Position numbers and translations under genes: made by a program. The notes beneath the pieces were generated by a model. It worked only from the letters and a program-made list of their open reading frames with translations. It searched no databases and had not been told where the DNA came from. Shown here piece after piece: positions 10,098 to 19,818 of a stretch of DNA of 64,000 nucleotides. This stretch comes from an uncultured Acidobacteriota bacterium (GTDB lineage Bacteria; Acidobacteriota; Terriglobia; UBA7540): NCBI GenBank assembly GCA_963804995.1, contig CAWDSK010000006.1, positions 1,120,001 to 1,184,000 on the forward strand. Reading direction: 5' to 3'. Numbering within the stretch: position 1 is the first letter of the stretch; each line of letters starts with the position of its first letter.

Positions 10098-11261
10098 ATG
10101 CGACGGGTGATGATGCTTGGGGGTCTGTGGGTTTTGACGGCCACCCTCGGAGTGGGGCTGTTGGCCCAGGGTGGGCCCAAGGAAGATCGGGTAGTTCGGC
10201 TGATGGAAGAGTACACGAATGCGCCGGCGCCGTCCGGGTATGAGGGAGCTGTCCGCGACTTGGTGATTCGCGATCTGCGTGCTGCGGGCGCGGAGATTTC
10301 CGTCGACGGCATGGGTTCAGTCATCGGCGTAGTTCGTGGCACGTCGGACCGCCCCCGCATCATGGTGGATACCCATATGGACGAGTTGGGTCTTATGGTT
10401 CAGTACATCCGACCGGATGGGTTCGTGGTGTTCAAGACGCTCGGTTATCCCGACCAGTGGCTAATCGATAAGCGTTGGGTCATCCTCACCAACAAAGGAC
10501 CGGTCTTTGCACTGACGGGCGCTCGTGACATGCACGTTTGGCCGGCGGAAGAGCGGCCACGCGGCGTGCCTCGCGAGGACATTGTGCTCGATTTGGGCGC
10601 AACCTCGAGAGAGGAAGTCGAGCAGTTGGGTGTTCGCCCCGGGGATTTCATTGCTCCGGTAAGTCCCTTCACTGTGATGGCCCATAATCGTTACGCCGCG
10701 AAAGCCTGGGATGATCGCGTGGGGTGTGTGGTCATGCTGGAAGCGCTGCGCAAGCTGAAGGCCAGCGGCGCGAAGCTCCCCAACACGACTTATTTCGTGT
10801 TCACGGTGCAAGAGGAAAATGGTCTGCGCGGCGCGCACGTTGCGATCGAATCGGTCAAGCCGGACCTGGGCATCGCGCTCGAACCCGGCATCGGAGGCGA
10901 CGTGCCGGGTGTGCATCCCGATCGAGCGCAGGAGCTGCTGGGAAACGGTCCTGCCATTTTCCTGTTGGATAGTTCGATGATTCCCAACCACAAGCTGGTG
11001 GAGTTCTTTCTACGCGTGGCCAAGGAAAAACAGATCCCCTTGCAAACCGAGGTCCTGTCCGGTGGCTATGGCGAAGATGGCAGCGAGATCCAACGCTATG
11101 GAACCGGCAGGCCGTCCATTCTGCTGACCGTGCCCACTCGTTACACTCATGCGCACACGAGCGTGATCGACCGCCACGACTTCGATGGCGCTGTGGATCT
11201 GCTGACGGAAATATTGGGCCGGCTCAACGCGAGCACCGTGGAGGAAATCTCGCGGTTTTGA
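10098..11261 (+). CDS. M42 family metallo-aminopeptidase with signal peptide
   Basis: APSGYE, THMDELG, KAWDDRVG, TVQEENGLRGA, PTRYTH motifs. Confidence 0.92.
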   Translation: MRRVMMLGGLWVLTATLGVGLLAQGGPKEDRVVRLMEEYTNAPAPSGYEGAVRDLVIRDLRAAGAEISVDGMGSVIGVVRGTSDRPRIMVDTHMDELGLMVQYIRPDGFVVFKTLGYPDQWLIDKRWVILTNKGPVFALTGARDMHVWPAEERPRGVPREDIVLDLGATSREEVEQLGVRPGDFIAPVSPFTVMAHNRYAAKAWDDRVGCVVMLEALRKLKASGAKLPNTTYFVFTVQEENGLRGAHVAIESVKPDLGIALEPGIGGDVPGVHPDRAQELLGNGPAIFLLDSSMIPNHKLVEFFLRVAKEKQIPLQTEVLSGGYGEDGSEIQRYGTGRPSILLTVPTRYTHAHTSVIDRHDFDGAVDLLTEILGRLNASTVEEISRF

Positions 11262-11549
11262 TGGGGTAGCGCTGCGGAACCCTTGATGAAATGTCCTGGT
11301 GAAAAACGTAGGAGGACGGGGAAATTGGTGGGACGTCGCGCGCTATAGCGCGGGGAGAGTAACTTCTGGGACAGTCCCGCTTAGTGACAAAATGTCGCGG
11401 CCCGGCATGTGTAGAGTAGGGGAGCGAGCCCGACCTCCCCACCCCTCGCCCGGCCGGACGCGCTGATTTTCCACCTCCGACTCTCACGCCAACTCTCGCG
11501 GAGCATCTAGCGCGGCGAAAGCACGTCCGTGCCACGGTGCATACCGATT

Positions 11550-12638
11550 CTACTTTTCAAGTTCCGCAAGGCTGTCAGAGGGAATTTGGAAGGATTCTGA
11601 GCGCAGGATCGTGCGCTTGAACGTGCGGGGCTTGTCGCCGGGCTGATAGAAAATCCCGATGGCGTTGGGATGGCTCGAAAGGTATTGGCGCGCCTTCTCC
11701 ACACCCCCCACAAAGAAAATCTTGGTAAGCGCCTCCGTCTCGACGCCGGTGGGGACGGCCGCGACCGTCGAGAGCATATTCTGAACTGGCCAGCCCGTGT
11801 GCGGGTCCATGATATGGCAATAGGTTTTGCCATTGATCTTGAAAAACTTCTCATAGTTCCCGGAAGTTGAAAGCGCGAAATTCTTCAGGCGTAAAACATC
11901 TGCGGCTTTCCCTTCCTCGTAGGGATCGCGCACGGTGACCTTCCATCCGGGCTCGCCCGGCGGTGAGCCCAAAGCGTAAATGCTGCTGGTTCCACTTGAA
12001 ACCAAGGCCGCGGTCACGCCATTGGAGCGCAAAATCTCCGCCACTTGATCCACCGCGTAACCTTTGGCAATGCCCCCCAGGTCAAGCTCAACTCCCGGCG
12101 TATCAAATCGAATGGTGCGGCGCTCCGGGTCAAGGTGCACGTGCTGGTATCCGATTGCATGGATGACCTGGGAAATTTCCGCCTGGCTCGGCAGCCTTCC
12201 CTGGCCACGGAAAAACCCCCAGCGTTTCATCAGCGGCCCCACGGTGATATCAAACGCGCCATCGGATTCCTGGCTGGCGCGGAGAGAATACTGAAGGAGC
12301 CCAAAGAGCTTCGGCTCCACGATCACCTCGTGCTGGGCGGCCTCGCGGTTGATGACGGAGAGCTCGCTCTGCGGCTGGTAGTTGCTCATCTGCGCATCAA
12401 GCTGGTCGATTTCTTCAAACACCTCATTGACCACTTCCGAAAGGAAGGTCTGGTCGCGTCCATAAGCGACGACGTTGTAAATCGTCCCCATGGCCTGGTG
12501 CGAAGCTTCATAGCGCACCTCCGGACCCTCCGCACGCAGCAGCGAGGCGCCTGCGGAGACCACCAACAGGGTGGCAAGCCACCCGCGCCACGATACGAAT
12601 TTGGTTATCAAAGTGAAGCCCTCGCCCTGCGCTCTCAT
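11550..12638 (-). CDS. apbE: FAD:protein FMN transferase
   Basis: AMGT, FDITVGPL, DLGGIAKGYAVD, STSGNYE, HIMDPHTG motifs; start uncertain. Confidence 0.92.
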   Translation of the reverse strand: MRAQGEGFTLITKFVSWRGWLATLLVVSAGASLLRAEGPEVRYEASHQAMGTIYNVVAYGRDQTFLSEVVNEVFEEIDQLDAQMSNYQPQSELSVINREAAQHEVIVEPKLFGLLQYSLRASQESDGAFDITVGPLMKRWGFFRGQGRLPSQAEISQVIHAIGYQHVHLDPERRTIRFDTPGVELDLGGIAKGYAVDQVAEILRSNGVTAALVSSGTSSIYALGSPPGEPGWKVTVRDPYEEGKAADVLRLKNFALSTSGNYEKFFKINGKTYCHIMDPHTGWPVQNMLSTVAAVPTGVETEALTKIFFVGGVEKARQYLSSHPNAIGIFYQPGDKPRTFKRTILRSESFQIPSDSLAELEK

Positions 12639-12779
12639 CCTGAAGCTCTGCGGGCCCGCTAGTATGACACAATTCGATTCTAAAGGTCTGCGCGCGGCAC
12701 TTGGGAGTGGGTAGCAGCAGCTATCGCCTTCCCCCTCCGGTCCAGACGGCAAATTGGCAAGGCGCGGAGGAAGAACCGG

Positions 12780-12860
12780 GTAGCGCGGACCTTTTTTGTA
12801 GGTCCGCGGTTCTTCCCCCCTGACAACGAAAAGCCGTGGTCCTCAAAAACCGGTCGCTAC
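12780..12860. repeat. REP-like doublet, GTAGCGCGGACC family
   Basis: GTAG...CTAC ends with internal hairpins; near reverse complement of 30423-30506. Confidence 0.8.
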
Positions 12861-12955
12861 CTTCCTGCGATGACTTGCGTTCTTCGCATGAAGTCCCGGA
12901 AAATAGAGTAGAATATTATCGTAGAATTGCTTTTATCATTACGAGCCAAAGACCC

Positions 12956-13198
12956 ATGACGATCGCGATCCATCCCGAGCTCGAAATAAGACTCCGCGCC
13001 CGAGCGGAGGCCGAGGGAATTACCGTCGAGGCCTATGTCGAGCGTTTGGTCCGCGCTGAGCAGCAGGCAGAGGACGAACTCGAAGCTTTGGCCCTCGAAG
13101 GGCTCCATTCCGGCGAGCCCATCGAGCTGGGGCCGGGTTATTGGGAAGACAAACATCGCCGGTTGGATGAACGCCTCAACAAGACCGGCGCCCGGTGA
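12956..13198 (+). CDS. Type II antitoxin (ParD-like, RHH-type N-terminus)
   Basis: MTIAIHPELE.RL..RA...G; acidic C-terminus LALEGLHSGEP; GTGA overlap with the toxin gene. Confidence 0.75.
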   Translation: MTIAIHPELEIRLRARAEAEGITVEAYVERLVRAEQQAEDELEALALEGLHSGEPIELGPGYWEDKHRRLDERLNKTGAR

Positions 13199-13524
13199 CT
13201 GCCCGCTACGTTATTCGCCCGAAGGCCGATCAAGACCTTAACGACCAAGCTTATTATCTTGCTACGCAAGCGAATCCCAGAGTTGGTCACAACTTTCTCG
13301 TCGCTGCCCACGAAACATTTTCTCTCCTCCCCACACAGCCCAACATGGGATGGCATTCTCGCCTGAAGAATCCTGCTCTTGCGTCTTTGCGAGTGTTTCG
13401 AGTATCGGGCTTCGAGAGGTTGCTCGTACTCTACCTCCCACGCCTGGATGGAGTAGAAATTCTTCGTGTCGTGCACGCCTCGCGAGACCTCGAAGCCTTC
13501 CTGCGTTGCGGTCGTCTGGAGTGA
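13195..13524 (+). CDS. RelE/ParE family toxin
   Basis: YVIRPKADQDL, PNMG, LRVFRV.GF..LLVLY, VEILRVVHASRD. Confidence 0.88.
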   Translation: MTARYVIRPKADQDLNDQAYYLATQANPRVGHNFLVAAHETFSLLPTQPNMGWHSRLKNPALASLRVFRVSGFERLLVLYLPRLDGVEILRVVHASRDLEAFLRCGRLE

Positions 13525-13580
13525 GCAGGGGTCAGCAACACCCCTTCGCCATGGGCGTAGCCTGTTTTTAAATCTTGAAT

Positions 13581-14911
13581 CAGTGCTGTCCCATTACAAG
13601 TCGAACAGGCTCAATTGGATACCTGGATCGACATCGGTAGATTGCTCGTTGAAGTTGGAAAAACCCTCTAAAATCGGGGTTTTTTCGAAGATCGTGACAC
13701 TGAGAATTTCGAGAATTTGATAGAGACTCATGTCCAGCCCGAGTTGCTTTTTGGCGATGGCTACCAGAACGTAAGCCGCCAGGGCGACCCACACTTGCGT
13801 CTTCACGGCGTTCTCGGAGGTACCGTAAAAAGCCTTGATGCGGAGGTGCTGTTTGATCCAGCGAAAGAACAGTTCCACCTGCCAGCGTACCCGATAGAGT
13901 TGGGCGATGAGCAAGGGAAGCAGGGAAAAGTTGTTGGTCAGGAAGGTCAGCCGCGAATCTTTTTCGGCATCGTAGAAGACGATGCGACGAAGTTGATCGG
14001 GATAGCGTTGCGCCGTGCGGATGCCGGTGAGGCGAATGATTTGGTCGCAGCGCAGGCCGCTGGAGCGATCGACCGGGCGCGAGGTGCGCAGGTAGAACTG
14101 CAAGTTCTTTTTGGCGCGCGTAACGAAAAAGGCGCAGGCTTGCGTGAACAGATAGAGACGCGCGAAGTCCACATAACCGCGGTCGAGCAAGTAAAGCGCT
14201 CCCGGTTCCAGGAACAGTTCGTCGAGAAGGTTGACATCGTGCACCTGCCCGCCGGTCACATAAACACTGGTCGGAATGCTGCCGCGCACGTCCAACAGGG
14301 TATGTAGTTTGACCGCACTTTTGTGCCGGCGGAACTTTCCCCAAGGGAAGAGCGACAAGCACAAATCGATGGTGGTCGAGTCGAAGGCATACACGGTCTC
14401 GGACAAGTCCACGCCGAAAGATTCCTCGCGGTAAAGATCGCGCGCGAGGTGAATCAACGCTTGCGCGAAGTCGCGGTAGATGCGCCAGTCGCGAACCTCG
14501 TTGGCGTGCGCCAGCGTGTTGCGCGAAACTTGTCCGCGAAAACCCATATGATAAAGTTTGGAGGGCTGGGCGCGCAGACAAGCTTCGATATCGCGCAAAC
14601 TGCGGCGATAAGTGAGTTGAGCGAACAGCAAGCAAAGGAACTGGTCCCAACAAGAGAAGTCCTTCACGTAACGATTGCCCTGGTAGCGATCGACGCAAAT
14701 CTCGAACTGGTAGGTCGGGAGAAAATCCAAAAGTTGCGAGAAAACACTGCGACCAACATTCATCTGCTGCCTCCGGCTTGGGCTGGGACACAACAGAATG
14801 ATGCCAAAAGAGCCGCAGAAAATTGAAATCGAAAAGTAACATCCCGACCTCTTACTTCTTTTCGATCAAGCAGTTACGGCGATGCGCCCCAACTTTCTTG
14901 GGACAGCACTG
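13581..14911 (-). mobile_element. IS4-family insertion sequence, 1331 bp
   Basis: Perfect 13-bp TIRs CAGTGCTGTCCCA (13581) / TGGGACAGCACTG (ends 14911); 9-bp TSD ATCTTGAAT at 13572-13580 and 14912-14920. Confidence 0.95.
13594..14763 (-). CDS. IS4 family transposase (DUF4372 + DDE)
   Basis: FDSTTIDLCL, LLDRGY, Y-R-x-RWQVELFFRWIKQ (YREK-type motif). Confidence 0.95.
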   Translation of the reverse strand: MNVGRSVFSQLLDFLPTYQFEICVDRYQGNRYVKDFSCWDQFLCLLFAQLTYRRSLRDIEACLRAQPSKLYHMGFRGQVSRNTLAHANEVRDWRIYRDFAQALIHLARDLYREESFGVDLSETVYAFDSTTIDLCLSLFPWGKFRRHKSAVKLHTLLDVRGSIPTSVYVTGGQVHDVNLLDELFLEPGALYLLDRGYVDFARLYLFTQACAFFVTRAKKNLQFYLRTSRPVDRSSGLRCDQIIRLTGIRTAQRYPDQLRRIVFYDAEKDSRLTFLTNNFSLLPLLIAQLYRVRWQVELFFRWIKQHLRIKAFYGTSENAVKTQVWVALAAYVLVAIAKKQLGLDMSLYQILEILSVTIFEKTPILEGFSNFNEQSTDVDPGIQLSLFDL

Positions 14912-14940
14912 ATCTTGAATCTGCAATTTCCCATCTCCTC

Positions 14941-15138
14941 CGCGGCTCGTCATCCGGCCCCCTGTGCGGAGCGGCTTTCGCCTGGCCATCAAACGCCGGT
15001 GCTCTGATCGGTGGCGTCGCTTTCGGAGTGCGGAAACTCGTTCCCGCTTTTTGCAGGCGGTGACTCGTCACCGGTGCGAAGGTTCGCCGCGACGAGTCGC
15101 GGCGAGCAAAAGCGGCGACGAGTCGCCGCACTCCGAAA
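14941..15138. repeat. Composite REP-like element, TTCGGAGTGCGG...CCGCACTCCGAA family
   Basis: Near-identical to 22100-22291; core also occurs twice in tandem at 34749-35014. Confidence 0.85.
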
Positions 15139-15345
15139 GACATGCCTTGCCCCCCTCGTCCCCAAACGGTCATTTCCCGATGTAGTGCCGTGGAGGAGGG
15201 CCAAGTACGCCCACCTCGGCTCTGCCTGCTGGGCTGAAAACCAAATCAATTTTTGACAGCAGGTAGCCATCAGAGTGTATGCCTTTCACACTCTGCGGTT
15301 CTTAATCTGATAAACATGCACTGTATTATTAACACACTAAAAGGC

Positions 15346-15488
15346 AGGGAACAGGGAATAGGGAACAGGGAACAGAAATTTAAGAATAGGGAATGGGGGC
15401 CAGTGACGAGTGATTAGCAGGAAAGACAAGCGGGGGGCGCGCCCAAGAAACGAAGATCCGCAGAGTCTCGGAAAGCGCGAGACTCTGC
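15346..15488. repeat. ~140-bp direct repeat, copy 1 (AGGGAAC/AGGGAAT heptamers plus GCAGAGTCTCG...CGAGACTCTGC hairpin)
   Basis: Copy 2 at 21851-21992. Confidence 0.9.
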
Positions 15489-15919
15489 ATTGCAACACTG
15501 TAAATTCTGGTTGTTTTGACAAGAATATTTTGCTCCGAACTGACCCCTCACCCGCCTGCGGGCCGAAGCTGAACTTGTTTACTGCTCCCAAGTGCCCCTT
15601 CGGAGGGCGTAGGCCCGTCCCGCGTCCCGATCAAGTGCATCGGGACCACGGTCCACCCTCTCCCCTGCGGAGAGGGCTATGATTTTCTTTTGGTTGCGGC
15701 GCTGCCGCCCTGCGCCAGCCGGCGGCACGAAGGGCCGCGGAGTAGTGTTGAGCTACACACAACTCCACGCTGCTTGCTTGCTGCCCGCACGCCCTGAAAA
15801 CATCAGAAATCGCTCCTGTTTCACTACACTGCTTGCTCCTGCTGTGCTATTGTCTTGCCCGCAATCAAACGGTCGCTTCGCTATCAGTTGTGATGACGGG
15901 TGGCGCGAGGAGGCGGCGC

Positions 15920-16879
15920 ATGCTCAAGAAAGCAAGGATGGTGCCAGTTCTGATTCTCAGGGTGGTCGTTGCGGCTTCCTTCGCACTTCACCCGCTCCCG
16001 GTTTCGGCGGGTCAGACGGCCCCCGAGGTCTCTTCGGAGGATGAGGCTACCCAAGCTGTCTCTTATGTTGAGATCGCGGGGCGTCAAGTGGCGATGTGGA
16101 AGCCCGCCGGTCCGGCGCCGGTAGAAGGTTACCCCCTCATCGTGTTCTCACATGGCTTCAGCCTTTGCGAAACGCATTCGAAGTTTCTGACTGAGGGTTG
16201 GGCGCGAGCGGGCTATTTCGTTCTAGCTCCTCATCATCACGATGGGGCCTGCGGTTCGAAGCATGAAGGGAAGCTGCTTGAAAAACTCTCCAAGCGTCCG
16301 GAGGAACCCTTCCGCAACCCAGACGGCTGGAGCGATGCTACGTATCGCGAGCGGCGCGATGATCTGGAAGCCGTCCTGGATGCCGTTCTCAAAGAAAAAT
16401 CATTCGAGGGTGTTCCGATTGACGGCAGCCGGGTCGGCCTTGCCGGTCACTCGTTAGGCGGATACACCGTTCTGGCGCTGGCAGGGGCATGGCCTTCCTG
16501 GAAGGACCCTCGCGTCAAGGCCGTGCTCGCCGTGTCCCCGTTTTGCATCCCGTTTTTTAAGACCGGCGACTTGGGCCATCTCGGCGTGCCCGTCATGTAC
16601 CAGGGAGGGACGAGCGACGTCGCGGTCACTCCGACGGTGGCGCGACCGGGAGGCGGCTACGAGCTCACCTCGGCGCCGAAGTCCTTCGTGGAGTTTGCCA
16701 TGGCGGGGCACCTGGCGTGGACGAGCGCGGATCCCTTGCACCATGCCCTCATGGAGCGATACGCCCTCGCATTCTTCGATCGTTATCTGAAGGGAGTAAC
16801 GAGCCCCGACCCCTTGGCCGCACTTGTTAATTCTCCCCGGCCCTCGTCCGTGAGACGTTTAGAGTATGCGGAGAAATGA
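15920..16879 (+). CDS. Secreted alpha/beta hydrolase (dienelactone hydrolase/PAF-acetylhydrolase-like)
   Basis: PLIVFSHG, nucleophile elbow GHSLGG, GGTSD, AGH; GAGGAGG RBS before 15920. Confidence 0.85.
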   Translation: MLKKARMVPVLILRVVVAASFALHPLPVSAGQTAPEVSSEDEATQAVSYVEIAGRQVAMWKPAGPAPVEGYPLIVFSHGFSLCETHSKFLTEGWARAGYFVLAPHHHDGACGSKHEGKLLEKLSKRPEEPFRNPDGWSDATYRERRDDLEAVLDAVLKEKSFEGVPIDGSRVGLAGHSLGGYTVLALAGAWPSWKDPRVKAVLAVSPFCIPFFKTGDLGHLGVPVMYQGGTSDVAVTPTVARPGGGYELTSAPKSFVEFAMAGHLAWTSADPLHHALMERYALAFFDRYLKGVTSPDPLAALVNSPRPSSVRRLEYAEK

Positions 16880-17010
16880 AATGCCCTCAAACCAAGCAGG
16901 AGGGCCAAGCACGCCCACCTTCGCGCTCGGCCAATCCCCCGATAGACTCTGAGGTGCCCGGAGAGGTACAATGCCGATGGAGGCATTGGCGCGCGCTTGA
17001 GGAACAAATT

Positions 17011-17271
17011 ATGATACGCACCTATAAAGCGATCTTGCACGGTGACCATGTGGAATGGATCGACAAGCGCCCCGAGCAGACGCACCCTGTGCCCGTACAC
17101 ATCACGCCGCTGGAAGACATCGCTCTGGGACCAGCACGCGAACGGGGGCAAGCTATGGCTGATGCACTCGCCGCGCTGGCCAGCCGAGGGGCCTTTGCCG
17201 CCATCACCGATCCTGTTGCCTGGCAGCGCGAGTTACGGCACGAGCGCTCGTTACCTACCCGTGAGCGGTAA
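17011..17271 (+). CDS. Putative VapB-type antitoxin
   Basis: 86 aa MIRTYKAILHGDHVEW...DPVAWQRELR; TAATG overlap with the PIN gene; GAGG RBS. Confidence 0.7.
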   Translation: MIRTYKAILHGDHVEWIDKRPEQTHPVPVHITPLEDIALGPARERGQAMADALAALASRGAFAAITDPVAWQRELRHERSLPTRER

Positions 17272-17642
17272 TGCTTCTGGATAGCAATATTATCATTTAC
17301 GCCGCGCAAGCTGAGCACGCCACCCTTCGGCAGTTTATTGCCGAGCATACTCCTTCCGTCTCGGTGATCAGCTACATCGAGGCGCTGGGTTACCACCGTC
17401 TGAGCGCAGAAGAACGGCAGTTTCTGGAGCGATTCTTCCAGGCAACTGAGGTGCTGCCGGTGTCGAATGCTGTGGTGCAATGGGCGATCAGGCTGCGGCA
17501 GCGGCGCAGGATGACGCTGGGCGACGCGATTGTGGCCGGCACGGCGGTGGAACATGGGCGTGTCCTTGTCACCCATAATACGGAAGATTTTCTCTGGATT
17601 AGCGAGCTCAAGTTGCTCGATCCGCTTGCAAGGCGCCCCTGA
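17271..17642 (+). CDS. PIN-domain VapC toxin
   Basis: LLDSNIIIY, SYIEAL, GDAIVAGTA, LVTHNTEDF. Confidence 0.92.
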   Translation: MLLDSNIIIYAAQAEHATLRQFIAEHTPSVSVISYIEALGYHRLSAEERQFLERFFQATEVLPVSNAVVQWAIRLRQRRRMTLGDAIVAGTAVEHGRVLVTHNTEDFLWISELKLLDPLARRP

Positions 17643-18022
17643 CAAGCGCGAAGGTGGACGTACTTTGGCCTCCTCTGCGGCTCGTCATCTGGCCCCGTGT
17701 ACGGAGCGGCTTTCGCCGTCCCCCAGCGGTCATTTCCCGGTCTAGGAATTAAAGCGGGGGGCTCCGGTCGGGGTGCCGGAGACGAAGCCGGTACCCACGG
17801 ACAGTGCATTTCTGTCCGTGGGCTTTTCTCAGGCGCGATATCCCAAAGGCAATCTTACGTAATCAATCTGAATGGGGCAGGCCGCCACGGTTGCCTTGTC
17901 CAAAGCGAAATTGTTGTAACTGGACCACCGCCTGAAGAACCCACGGTCAGAACTGGTCGCCGCGGCGACACCGTGGCTACGCCGCTCCGCCCCAGCGCCA
18001 GATTCTCACCAAGGGCAAACGA

Positions 18023-19393
18023 TTAGTAATCGATGCCCTTGATATAATCTTGCGTTGGGACGTACTGGAAGCGGTCGGGATTGGATCTCACGAGGGCGTC
18101 GGCGTAATCATTGGAGATGGTACCGTGGGCGTTGCGCTCCGTGTCCCGGACAACAGACTGGCCAATGATGACGTTGTCGAATGCCTGAAAGGATCTGTCC
18201 CTCGCGTCCGAATTGGCGCGGTCGTGGGCCAGCTTGTCGTCAAACGCCGCCTGGCTGGAGCGGGCGCGGGCCAGAACGCTGGCGGTGAATTCGTTACTCA
18301 TCCTGATCTGTTGTTGCACCTCGCCCTGCACCACCTGGCTGTTGACTTGGTAGCTTTTAGCAACGGCCACCAACGTGGGGGTTTCCTTTTCGAAAAGCGC
18401 CTTGGGTATGGTCGCCTGATAGACCGACATGCCCCAGTTTCCCGAGGCGTCCATGGGCGGCACGATGATAAGTTGCGCCGACACCGCCATGAATCCCTTC
18501 CCGTCGTGGGAGTCCACGTCAGCCTGGATGATTTTAGCGACGCTGCGGCCCTGCGCCGGCCCGTCCGTGACTTTCGTGATGTTGACGGTGGGGGCAGGCC
18601 GCCTCTGCTTTTGAGCGAGTTGGGCCGACGCCGACATGAACGCGCGCCCCGCATCCGTGGTGTAGGGTATGGCAACCCACAGTCCTGGCAGCGGCAAACG
18701 CCCGCCTTGCGTCTCCATGTTCATCATGTTACGGGTCTGCGGGTAGTTGGGGTCCATCACGGGTATGTAGACCCCGAAAACCAGTTTCTCGCCGTTCGGC
18801 CCATCCGCTTCCATGGCGCCCATCAGGGCCGACACGACCTTCCAACCGGGAGGCAGGCTGATGCTTCCACTGTTGTCGGGAAAGTTCACCGCAGTGAGAT
18901 GCTCCGCCGCCCCGGTTGGCACGGGTCCGCTCGCCGTGGTCTTGGAGGACCCCGGGTTCGAGTTCCATTCCGCGCTCAAGCGTTGGAGCAGGGAGTTGAC
19001 GGTCTTGGGGAATCGCTGCGCATCGTCGGTAATGATCGCCGCACTGGATTGCCCGCCCGGGAGCACTGAAACCATCACCAGCCCGGCGATGCGCTGGCCG
19101 CCGCCGTTTTTGGCCGCTACGTTGAAAAATGCGGCAAGCGCTTGACCGCTGCGATCCTGGAAGAACCTGCCCACTTGCGGCCGGTCACCGTATTGGCCGT
19201 GGATTTCGCGCAGCATTGCGCCCATCGCCGCTTGCACGGAGCGTTGCGGTCCCATCGGCCCGTAGGAGATCTGCCCGCCGCCCGGGTTGTTGATCGTCTT
19301 CAAAGCACCCTGGGCGCCGGCAAGAGAGGAACCCGCCATTCCCACCAAGCCGATGCACAAATACGCGAGCAACCTTGCGATGTTACAAATCAT
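18023..19393 (-). CDS. Secreted hypothetical protein, 456 aa
   Basis: Signal peptide, GC-rich codon usage, AAGGAG RBS, sigma-28-type promoter upstream. Confidence 0.8.
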   Translation of the reverse strand: MICNIARLLAYLCIGLVGMAGSSLAGAQGALKTINNPGGGQISYGPMGPQRSVQAAMGAMLREIHGQYGDRPQVGRFFQDRSGQALAAFFNVAAKNGGGQRIAGLVMVSVLPGGQSSAAIITDDAQRFPKTVNSLLQRLSAEWNSNPGSSKTTASGPVPTGAAEHLTAVNFPDNSGSISLPPGWKVVSALMGAMEADGPNGEKLVFGVYIPVMDPNYPQTRNMMNMETQGGRLPLPGLWVAIPYTTDAGRAFMSASAQLAQKQRRPAPTVNITKVTDGPAQGRSVAKIIQADVDSHDGKGFMAVSAQLIIVPPMDASGNWGMSVYQATIPKALFEKETPTLVAVAKSYQVNSQVVQGEVQQQIRMSNEFTASVLARARSSQAAFDDKLAHDRANSDARDRSFQAFDNVIIGQSVVRDTERNAHGTISNDYADALVRSNPDRFQYVPTQDYIKGIDY

Positions 19394-19431
19394 GTTGGTT
19401 CGTCTCCTTCCGAAGAGTCGCTGCCCTTAGC

Positions 19432-19458
19432 TTATCGGCGCGCGCCCGCAGAGCTTTA
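19432..19458 (-). promoter_or_regulatory. Consensus sigma-28 (FliA/SigD) promoter
   Basis: Minus strand TAAA-N15-GCCGATAA, about 40 nt upstream of the ATG at 19393. Confidence 0.75.
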
Positions 19459-19818
19459 GCGCCGGCTTATGCGGGTCGAATCGATTGCTGCAACTTACTT
19501 CGATTTTGCATCATAGAAATTCAACTTCCCCTTGGGCTCGCGCGGATGAGTCGCATGAAGCTGGGCACTTGCTTGCCCGGAAGAAGCCAGGGTCTTCGGG
19601 CGCATCCTGCAACCAGAATGAGCATGGCGCCCTGCCGTCAATTATGTGATTTTGGGGCGCGCAAATTGACGTTATCACGAGTGAAAATGAAAACACAATC
19701 CCGCCCCGGTCGGACACAACCTCGCGGGCGGCGCCCCGATGCATCGGGGCGTCCCAAGCCTTGCGTTGCGACCTCTCGCGCTCAAGTGTTCACCGCAGCC
19801 GAGAAGAGCAGGGGTTAG

